A stretch of 64,000 nt of DNA from Candidatus Argoarchaeum ethanivorans (GTDB taxonomy: Archaea > Halobacteriota > Methanosarcinia > Methanosarcinales > EX4572-44), in assembly GCA_905067555.1 (NCBI GenBank), contig CAJHIS010000001.1, forward strand, positions 8,611 to 72,610, read 5' to 3'. Position 1 is the stretch's first letter; every line of letters starts with the position of its first letter. A model generated the notes under the pieces. It made no database searches and was not told where the DNA came from. It was given only the letters and a program-made list of their open reading frames with translations. Position numbers and translations under genes: made by a program. Shown piece after piece: positions 49,402 through 56,924 of this stretch.

Positions 49402-49595
49402 GAGCTTGTTAGCTTTCGGAATATTGGGGGAAAATAAGAAATCCTCCAGACTTAATCTTCGATAATGTGAAGTCAGAGGATTTATATGCGAAGTGAGTTT
49501 GGATATAACGCCAATTTGAGTTGATATACGAACTTGAGTTTGGATAGATCTGAGTTGAGTAGAATGGCGGTTTGGACATTCATGAGGCGAATAAC

Positions 49596-50423
49596 ATGAG
49601 TAAGACAGAACATAAATTATATATCGGCAATGCTAAGCAAGAACTGCTTAATATAACGAATAATAGCATTCAATTAATTGTCACATCTCCACCTTATTGG
49701 AATGCACGAAATTATGAACATTCACAACAAATTGGCTTTAACGATACTTATGAAGAATATCTTAAGGCACTGGGACAGATATTTGAAGAGTGCGTAAGAG
49801 TACTTTTACCTGACGGAAAAATTGCATTGAATATCGGAAACATTTATAACAAAGATAATATCGAAAAAAGAACATATACGGTGAATCTAGTACTAGATTT
49901 ATGGAAAATTTTAAGTGAGTTTAAAGTGTTGAGATATATGGGTACGATTTTCTGGAAAAAAACCACTTCACGTAATGGAGCAGTTCTATTTGGAAGTTAT
50001 CCATATCCATCTAATTTTATGATTTCTACAGCATTGGAACCTATTCATGTCTTCAGGAAGATAGGTAAAAGAAAAATCCCCAAAGAGGTAAAAGAAAAAT
50101 CACGTATTTCAAAGGCAGAATTCAGAGAACTTAGAGAGCCAATTTGGTACTTAAATGGAACTAGTAAAAAGGCGCATCCAGCAGTATTCCCTAATGAGTT
50201 GCCTCATAGGCTGATTAAAATGTATTCTTTTTATGGTGATATTGTGTTGGATCCCTTTTGTGGCATCGGAACTGCAAATGTGGAGGCTCTTAGATTAGGT
50301 AGAGATTCTATAGGAATAGATGTAAGAGAAGATTATGTTGAAACAACAGTATCAAATTTAAAGAGAATAAAGGAACCTGCAGCCATATCGATATTTAATC
50401 ACGGAGAGGATATTTATGAGTAA
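49596..50423 (+). CDS. DNA methyltransferase, beta-class N4-cytosine/N6-adenine (SPPY motif)
   Basis: Motif IV VTSPPYW lies upstream of motif I LDPFCGIGT, which is the beta permutation. The ATG at 49596 is preferred over the track TTG at 49572. Confidence 0.85.
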   Translation: MSKTEHKLYIGNAKQELLNITNNSIQLIVTSPPYWNARNYEHSQQIGFNDTYEEYLKALGQIFEECVRVLLPDGKIALNIGNIYNKDNIEKRTYTVNLVLDLWKILSEFKVLRYMGTIFWKKTTSRNGAVLFGSYPYPSNFMISTALEPIHVFRKIGKRKIPKEVKEKSRISKAEFRELREPIWYLNGTSKKAHPAVFPNELPHRLIKMYSFYGDIVLDPFCGIGTANVEALRLGRDSIGIDVREDYVETTVSNLKRIKEPAAISIFNHGEDIYE

Positions 50424-51003
50424 CGATGAAATACCTAAAATAAAAACCATGGTAAGGCGATATAAATCTTCACTCCCAAAATTAACTATATTTATATTGG
50501 GTCCCGGTGAACATAACATCGATCCATATGCAAAGAAATGTTATAGCAAACGGTGTCAGATTAAAAATGAACTCGCACGCGACCATGATACCTTTTTTCT
50601 CGAAGAGATATATAACGAAGCAAGAAATGATGGAGTAGATGTTACCAATACACTTGACTTTGAAGATATTCTAATAAAAAAAGAGGCCGATACCGTCATT
50701 ATGATTTTTGTTCTAAATGCTACGGGACTTGAAGCAGAGCTAGTAGCATTTTCACGATGTCCAGAATTAGCAGAAAAAATGTGGGTATTTTACGATAGCA
50801 CTTACTACGAATTTGGTAATAAAAATTTTTGGCATGTTAATAGTGCTTTAGACTCAATAGAGGGACGTAATGGTAGAATTAAACCATTTACGGAAAGTGA
50901 GATTGATTCATGTTCATTATTAACAAGAGTTAAGAACATGATAGAGCAAAAGAGGAGGGCTCTTTCTATATTACCATACAAGAAGTATCAGGGGGTTGAG
51001 TAA
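50416..51003 (+). CDS. nucleoside 2-deoxyribosyltransferase-like (NDT/TIR-assemblage) protein
   Basis: 195 aa. IFILGPG (compare iYlAGP) and ADTVIMIFVLNATGLEAELVAF (compare aD.vva.......G...ElG.A) are present. It overlaps the MTase stop by 8 nt. Confidence 0.5.
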   Translation: MSNDEIPKIKTMVRRYKSSLPKLTIFILGPGEHNIDPYAKKCYSKRCQIKNELARDHDTFFLEEIYNEARNDGVDVTNTLDFEDILIKKEADTVIMIFVLNATGLEAELVAFSRCPELAEKMWVFYDSTYYEFGNKNFWHVNSALDSIEGRNGRIKPFTESEIDSCSLLTRVKNMIEQKRRALSILPYKKYQGVE

Positions 51004-53766
51004 ATGGTAGCTACAAGCAGTATAAAAAACATTTGGAAACTTCTGGAAAGATTTAAGGATGAATCAACCCTATTGATGAATGAGGATAATTTAGTAGTTC
51101 TTATTTATATTACCAAGCATGAGGGAATTGGGGTAGATGATTTAATAAAAAAATTAGATAAGCACATCATCCATGTAAAAGATAACGTAGTATTTTTGAA
51201 ATCTAACAGATTCATTATAGGAAAAAATAGTTTGATCTATGCTACCGAGAAGGGGGAAGAGATGGTTGACATAATTGAATATTCACAATATAAAATTGAC
51301 GATGTTCCAAAAGATATAATTTTGGGATATACTTTAGAAAAACCACCGTTAGGCATTGGTTCTACATCTTTTACCTTTAAAGCAGAAAGAAAGAAGATAA
51401 AAAATAAGGTCATAAAAATATTCAAACCTGGAATATTTGACCACATAGATTTTGACAAGAAAATAGAGGCATTACAACCGCTATCAAATCTCACCAATTT
51501 AGTTTTACCTGATGATTACGGGGATTTTGAATGGAATGATAGGGAATTTAGATATATTGTGATGAAATATATTAAAGGAAGAACTTTGAATGAGTTTCTT
51601 AATGAGAAAGTAGATATAGACTTAAGAAAGTTTATAGATAATTTTTTAAAAGAAGTAGGAAAAACGTTAGAAAAAGTAGAGAAATCAGGTTTAAATCATG
51701 GTGACCTTCACTCAAATAACATTTTAGTAGTTGAAGACGAGTTAGAAAAAGGCAAGAAGATATGCCACTTTCACATAATAGATTTCATGGGCATCAAATC
51801 AAACGAGGAATTCCGTGAATTTGAGCTTTCAGATTTTGAATATTTCAAACAACATCTCCTAAAAATAGTAAAAGTATATGCTTCTACTCCATCGGGAAAA
51901 CCTGATTTGAAAAAGTTGGGGGATAGATTTTACTACATAGTACAAAATCTGCAAAACGGAGAATATCATTCATTTAAGGATTTATTTGACGCACTTTCTG
52001 CGAAACTCCCTCCTCCTTCAAAATTAGGTAATATAAAGGAGCCACCGTTTAGTTTTATCAGATTTGAACAATACGACATTAATGATCCTCTGTGGCTTAG
52101 AAGGTTTGAAGTTGAGAATGCTTTGTATGCACCTATCAAACGATTTGACAATGTAATATGCTCAGGTCCAAGAGGATGTGGTAAGACTATTTACTTGAGG
52201 TCTTTAACTTTCGTTCCAAGATTAGTAAAATCAATCCAGAATGGGCCAGATAAATATCCTGAGGTGAAAGATAAGGTTGCATTTTTTGATAACATCTTCG
52301 GCATTTATTTTGCTTGCAGACAGGGAGAGTTTAAGTATTTCTCTGAAAAATACTTTAGATTTACACCTAAAACACAACTACTTATCAAACACATAATTGC
52401 GCTAAGAATCATTAAGAGGACGCTAAATTTAATAAACGATGGTTACACGGAGAGGGTACTATCGAGCGAGCCAAAAATAGAGTCAATCTTGAAATTTTTG
52501 ACTCAATATCTAAAGAGGGATCTTATGATGACTCCTGAAGCAAAAGAAAGACCATTTGAACAGTTGGATGGCATATTAAGCATTGAAGAAAACTATTGTG
52601 AAAGTATATTAGGTGAAGATGAGAATTATCCAGATATTAGCAAGATGTTAAATGAGCATTTATTAATTGATTTTTTCAGTGGTTTAAAAAATTCTGTTTC
52701 TGAGCTATCTAACATAAAATTTTATGTTATTTTTGATGATGTAAGCGATCCTCAGGTTCCTTTTGAATGCCAAAAAATTATCAATTCGTTTATGTCATGC
52801 CTTAACGAAATATATTGCTGTAAATTTTCAACAGAAAAATTTGCCTACACCTATGAAGATATGTCTGGTAAAACTTTGCAACCTACCAATGATTATACAT
52901 ATATGGACCTATCCTTCATGGGAGCGCCTGGGGATAGATACACTGATAAAATCTACAAACAATATTTAGGGAAGATAATTAATAAGCGCCTTGAAATAGC
53001 TAATCATAAACAGAATATCAATGGACTTTTAGGAAATTCGCCAGATTCTGCACAGAAATTGATAACTTTGCTCTCTGAATGCGCCAAGGGAAATCGAGAT
53101 GTATATAATAAAATTAAATTTGCTGGATGGGACTTGGTTATTCAGTTGTCTTCGAGGAGCGTGAGAGATGCTATTGCTATATGTGATTCAATCTTTAGAG
53201 AATGCGAAACTAAAAAAAATCTATCTGATGAAATAAAAGAAGGAAAAACAAAAATGCCAATAGAGATTCAGGATAGAGCCATTAGAAAACATTCTCTAGA
53301 AGAGTACAGGAGCTTACTGAATATTACATATCATGGTAGAGAAATCTTTAATATCGTTAGAAATTTTGGCGAAATATCTCGCAAGTATTTGGAGAAAGAG
53401 ATAACTAACGAGGAAGGCAGGAAATACGAAATGATTACAATAGAAAGGATCGATGCTAAAGAAATATCAGAAGATGCAAAAAAAATATTTAGAACATTAA
53501 TCCGTTATTCTGTTTTTTTAGATAGAGGTCTTTGTTTTTCCAGAGAGGAAATAGGATTGGTTCAAAAAATTACACTGCATAAAAAGTTTACACCGGCCCT
53601 GATGACAACTTACCGTGAAAGAGAGCATCTTCGATTATCAAAGGATAGATTAGAAAAATTCATTTTACATCCCGATGAATTTAGGCAGGAACTTATAACA
53701 GGGAAAAAAATAGATAAGCATCAATTAGAAATCTTTGATTTTTTAGAAGGTGATAGAAATGAGTAG
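51004..53766 (+). CDS. wHTH + atypical (RIO/Bud32-like) protein kinase + P-loop NTPase fusion protein
   Basis: 920 aa. Kinase motifs are GIGSTSFTF, VIKIFK, HGDLHSNNILV and IIDFMG. Walker A is GPRGCGKT and Walker B is FYVIFDDVSD. The ATG directly abuts the previous TAA. Confidence 0.65.
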   Translation: MVATSSIKNIWKLLERFKDESTLLMNEDNLVVLIYITKHEGIGVDDLIKKLDKHIIHVKDNVVFLKSNRFIIGKNSLIYATEKGEEMVDIIEYSQYKIDDVPKDIILGYTLEKPPLGIGSTSFTFKAERKKIKNKVIKIFKPGIFDHIDFDKKIEALQPLSNLTNLVLPDDYGDFEWNDREFRYIVMKYIKGRTLNEFLNEKVDIDLRKFIDNFLKEVGKTLEKVEKSGLNHGDLHSNNILVVEDELEKGKKICHFHIIDFMGIKSNEEFREFELSDFEYFKQHLLKIVKVYASTPSGKPDLKKLGDRFYYIVQNLQNGEYHSFKDLFDALSAKLPPPSKLGNIKEPPFSFIRFEQYDINDPLWLRRFEVENALYAPIKRFDNVICSGPRGCGKTIYLRSLTFVPRLVKSIQNGPDKYPEVKDKVAFFDNIFGIYFACRQGEFKYFSEKYFRFTPKTQLLIKHIIALRIIKRTLNLINDGYTERVLSSEPKIESILKFLTQYLKRDLMMTPEAKERPFEQLDGILSIEENYCESILGEDENYPDISKMLNEHLLIDFFSGLKNSVSELSNIKFYVIFDDVSDPQVPFECQKIINSFMSCLNEIYCCKFSTEKFAYTYEDMSGKTLQPTNDYTYMDLSFMGAPGDRYTDKIYKQYLGKIINKRLEIANHKQNINGLLGNSPDSAQKLITLLSECAKGNRDVYNKIKFAGWDLVIQLSSRSVRDAIAICDSIFRECETKKNLSDEIKEGKTKMPIEIQDRAIRKHSLEEYRSLLNITYHGREIFNIVRNFGEISRKYLEKEITNEEGRKYEMITIERIDAKEISEDAKKIFRTLIRYSVFLDRGLCFSREEIGLVQKITLHKKFTPALMTTYREREHLRLSKDRLEKFILHPDEFRQELITGKKIDKHQLEIFDFLEGDRNE

Positions 53767-54817
53767 TATAGACGAATTCAAACTAGAGTTTATAAAAGAA
53801 AGAAGTGACTCGCTTTATATTTGTGCAGCCGGATTCGAAGATAGATCTCGTGCTATCGTTGAAAGATTGAAAGACAGAAGGGAGAACTTTTTTAAATATT
53901 CTCTTATTCTTGAATATTCTGACACTAAGCATAAAGAATACAATAAACCCAATTTAGAATTTATCCAATCCACTTTACCCCAGATATCATGCCGTTTACT
54001 AGAAAACGCAATAGTTGATATAGACCATATTTATCAAATCAAGGCTAACATAATAGAAGCATTTAAAAGAATACCAATAGAAGATATTGGAACAGTTTTC
54101 ATAGATATATCGGGAATGGCCAATTCCCTGATATTACTAAGTGTACATCAAGCCAAAAAAAGGTTTTTGGGCAAGGAGATAGTAATATTATATGCGGAAG
54201 CGGACATTTACTACCCCTCTATAGAAAAAAGAGCCGAAATTAAAAGACTAATGAAAAGCGATGAGGAAGAGGATATATTAAAATTAGGTGATGAATTGGG
54301 CGCTTCTGGTACAAGAGAGGTGATAATTTTACCGGGTTTTAAAGGATATTTCACTGAGAATAAACCAATATGTCTCATATTCCTTGTTGGATATGAACCT
54401 TCAAGAGCTGCAGGGTTATTAGACACTTACCGTCCAAACATGGTAGTAGTGTGCTATGGAGGTTCTCCTCATGAAAAATTTGAATGGAGAAGAGATTTTT
54501 CAAAAGAACTGCATGTAGACTTGTTTAATAAATTTAATCATGTGGAGAGGGGTATCTCTACGTTTTATATATCCGAGATAGTTACTGAGTTGGATAAAAT
54601 ATACAAAAGCATTGAGAATAGTGGACACGAATTATATGAGTATTATAATGTAGCTATAACGCCTCAATGCAGTAAATTACAAACTATTGCGGCTTACTTA
54701 TTTTCCCAGATACATCCAGACGTGCAAATTGTCTTTTGCTTTCCAGGTAAATTTAATCCAGAAAGATATTCCAAAGGCGTAGGGAAAATATGGGTTTACA
54801 AATTACAAAATGTTTGA
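53759..54817 (+). CDS. tandem Rossmann-like protein, Csa3/CARF-like motifs in both halves
   Basis: Half 1 has LYICAAGFEDRSRAIVERL ... FIDISGMANSLILLSV. Half 2 has CLIFLVGYEPSRAAGLL ... VAITPQCSKLQTIAAYL. The ATG at 53759 is preceded by GGTGAT and overlaps the upstream TAG. The track uses GTG 53750. Confidence 0.45.
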   Translation: MSSIDEFKLEFIKERSDSLYICAAGFEDRSRAIVERLKDRRENFFKYSLILEYSDTKHKEYNKPNLEFIQSTLPQISCRLLENAIVDIDHIYQIKANIIEAFKRIPIEDIGTVFIDISGMANSLILLSVHQAKKRFLGKEIVILYAEADIYYPSIEKRAEIKRLMKSDEEEDILKLGDELGASGTREVIILPGFKGYFTENKPICLIFLVGYEPSRAAGLLDTYRPNMVVVCYGGSPHEKFEWRRDFSKELHVDLFNKFNHVERGISTFYISEIVTELDKIYKSIENSGHELYEYYNVAITPQCSKLQTIAAYLFSQIHPDVQIVFCFPGKFNPERYSKGVGKIWVYKLQNV

Positions 54818-54860
54818 CAAAACTGCCACTTCGCCTAACACAGCATATACAGTGCGGGCT

Positions 54861-54920
54861 TCATGCGTGTTCGGTTAAGAGACAAATCGTGATAAACCAG
54901 GGGAACACAATAAACTATTG
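54861..54920 (+). repeat. 60-bp direct repeat, copy A
   Basis: TCATGCGTGTTCGGTTAAGAGACAAATCGTGATAA...GGGGAACACAATAAACT recurs at 56586-56645. Confidence 0.85.
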
Positions 54921-55178
54921 GGCGAAATTGAGATTGGGTTCCATCCATGACTGGTTGTGATTTTGATGTGCATCAGGATTTGCCAGAGCCTTCAAGTCGT
55001 CAAAAACGTGAGCAATAAATCACCAAAACTTCTTAACCGAACACCAATGGTGCGGGCTTCGCCCCTGCCCTCCGGAACATTGCCCCTTTCGGTCGCAACG
55101 TCGTATGTGCTGGAAACGTTATCTGATATTCGCCTTGGTAGATAACATCTTTAAGAGCAATACCGGGAGGTGTTTGAA

Positions 55179-55337
55179 ATGGCAATACGAACCTTTACCG
55201 CGGTTCTCCACAAGGAAGAAGATCTATACGTAGCAGAATGCCCTGAAGTTGGGATGGTTAGCCAGGGATACACTATCGAGGAAGCCATCGCCAATCTGAA
55301 AGAAGCGACAGAACTCTATCCGGTTTTGATGCCATAG
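55179..55337 (+). CDS. small HicB/UPF0150-like antitoxin
   Basis: 52 aa: MAIRTFTAVLHKEEDLYVAECPEVGMVSQGYTIEEAIANLKEATELY.... It is below the ORF-track length cut-off. Confidence 0.6.
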   Translation: MAIRTFTAVLHKEEDLYVAECPEVGMVSQGYTIEEAIANLKEATELYPVLMP

Positions 55338-55340
55338 TGT

Positions 55341-55560
55341 ATGCCTAAGTTGCGCAGGATATCAGGAAAAGAAGCCGTGCGTGCACTGACGCTTGGGCTT
55401 ATAGAGAGTGCGGCAACGCGGCAGCCACGTGGTGCTCAAGAAGCAAACGTCAGATGGCGCTCGGATGCGTGGTTCTTCTACGTGAGCTGGCGATAGGCAC
55501 GTTAAGGGGCATTCTACGGTAAGTCAGGATAACACCCCTGACGAGTTTAGGGAGAACCTC
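55341..55560 (+). pseudogene. decayed hicA toxin gene
   Basis: MPKLRRISGKEAVRAL is in one frame, QRGSHVVLKKQTSDG in a second, and VVLLRELAIGTLRGILR*VRITPDEFRENL in a third with an internal TAA. That makes at least two frameshifts plus a nonsense codon. Confidence 0.7.
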
Positions 55561-55665
55561 TATCGAACGACTGCCAAACGTCAGATAACACGGCACCCGC
55601 GGCTAACGCCCAAATGCTGACGCGTGTAAAAGATTTTAATGTGATGTGGTGGTTGAGGTTGCTGT

Positions 55666-55926
55666 ATGGATAAGGCTCGTATACTTGAAGAGTTGAAAAG
55701 GAACTCAAAGAAGATTCGTTTTAAGAGGCTATGCACGGTCGCTGAGGTTTTTGGGTTTAGATTTAAAGGCGGAAGGGGCAGCCATCGTATTTATGTGCGA
55801 GATGGAATAGATGAAATGTTAAATTTTCAAAATGTAAGTGGTAAGGTAAAACCTTATCAAGTAAAACAACTTATAAAGATTATTGAAAAGTATAACCTCT
55901 TAAAGGAAGATGAAAGAGATGTATAA
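55666..55926 (+). CDS. hicA: HicA-family mRNA interferase toxin
   Basis: 86 aa with a GGRGSHRIY motif, overlapping the downstream antitoxin gene. Confidence 0.8.
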   Translation: MDKARILEELKRNSKKIRFKRLCTVAEVFGFRFKGGRGSHRIYVRDGIDEMLNFQNVSGKVKPYQVKQLIKIIEKYNLLKEDERDV

Positions 55927-56179
55927 GTACGCAATAGAGATATTCCACAGCGAAGAAGACGAGGGGTCTATCGCGGTGGTACCGGAATTACCGGGATGCA
56001 CAGCGTTCGGAGAAAACGAAGAAAAGGCATTGGAAGAGATAAAAATAGCTATGGAACTGTGGATAGAGACTGCGAAAAAAGAGGGAAGAAATATACCACA
56101 ACCTCATGGAAAAGAGATTCTAAAGCTAATCTATGAGAATGCCTTTCGCACCACACACCCTGGTGGGGCTGGCGCATAA
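55910..56179 (+). CDS. hicB: HicB-family antitoxin
   Basis: 89 aa with EDEGSIAVVPELPGCTAFGENEEKALEEIKIAMELWIE. Confidence 0.8.
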   Translation: MKEMYKYAIEIFHSEEDEGSIAVVPELPGCTAFGENEEKALEEIKIAMELWIETAKKEGRNIPQPHGKEILKLIYENAFRTTHPGGAGA

Positions 56180-56585
56180 CAGAGCGTATCTGGCTTCGGC
56201 TATCACCTTCACCAAAATTGGCCTTACTGGCAACTTTGTATACTTGCAGAACGTTATATGCAATCGTGGACAAAATATTAATAACTATGAGTATATTAAA
56301 AAAGGAATTGACATCAAGATGCCGCTATTTGATGTGAAGGAGGTTGTACCCATAAATTCCGGCGTGTGTTCGATGGATAAGATGCTAACCGATGTTGATT
56401 ACGTGAGTTTTTTGGTCGAAATTTTGTTAAAGTTCGGTTAGAAACAGCCCGGAATTTTGTTCAGAAGTTGAAGAACCATCTTGAAAGGTGGACAGATGGA
56501 GAGAAATGAACGGAGTTCGGAACTCTCGCCCGCCTTAGAAAATATGGCTTCTCTGATAACTCGCGTTGAACAATCTGATAAATCA

Positions 56586-56645
56586 TCATGCGTGTTTGGT
56601 TAAGAGACAAATCATGATAAGTTAGGGGAACACAATAAACTGTTA
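56586..56645 (+). repeat. 60-bp direct repeat, copy B
   Basis: Paralogue of 54861-54920, 45 nt from the 3' end of tRNA-Glu. Confidence 0.85.
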
Positions 56646-56689
56646 GATACGCAATATCTGGAATTATGGAAATGCAAAAATATTTTAAG

Positions 56690-56762
56690 TGCTCCGATCG
56701 GGATTTGAACCCGAGTCCTCGGCTCGAAAGGCCGAAATGATTGGCCGCTACACTATCGGAGC
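56690..56762 (-). tRNA. tRNA-Glu (anticodon UUC)
   Basis: Acceptor GCUCCGA/UCGGAGC, anticodon arm UCGGC-CUUUCGA-GCCGA and T-loop UUCAAAU. Confidence 0.9.
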
Positions 56763-56779
56763 GCTGAAGCATTTTCCAG

Positions 56780-56852
56780 TAGTCCCGGGCGGATTCGAAC
56801 CGCCGTCGCCGGCTCCAAAGGCCGGCAGGATTGACCACTACCCTACAGGACT
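56780..56852 (-). tRNA. tRNA-Gln (anticodon UUG)
   Basis: Acceptor AGUCCUG/CGGGACU with A1:U72, anticodon arm CCGGC-CUUUGGA-GCCGG and T-loop UUCGAAU. Confidence 0.9.
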
Positions 56853-56924
56853 GCTTTTTTTTACATCAATACACCATCATACATATTCTTTGTGGCAAAA
56901 AGTGTAAACAAGTGTAACATCTTT

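Noticed and set aside
49596-54817. Classifying the methyltransferase + kinase + ATPase operon as type 2 BREX / Pgl.
   Set aside because: Pgl/BREX needs a large PglX-type MTase (about 1200 aa), a PglZ alkaline-phosphatase-fold protein and a separate BrxC/PglY ATPase. Here the MTase is a 275-aa beta-class enzyme, no PglZ-like protein exists, and the extra genes are NDT-like and CARF-like.
54957-55145. 62-aa plus-strand ORF between the operon and the hic modules.
   Set aside because: It has no Shine-Dalgarno and a Cys/Leu/Ser-rich, low-information translation. The region looks like repeat and integration debris.
56461-56838. 125-aa minus-strand ORF.
   Set aside because: It reads straight through tRNA-Glu and tRNA-Gln and through the 60-bp direct repeat. 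It is an artefact.
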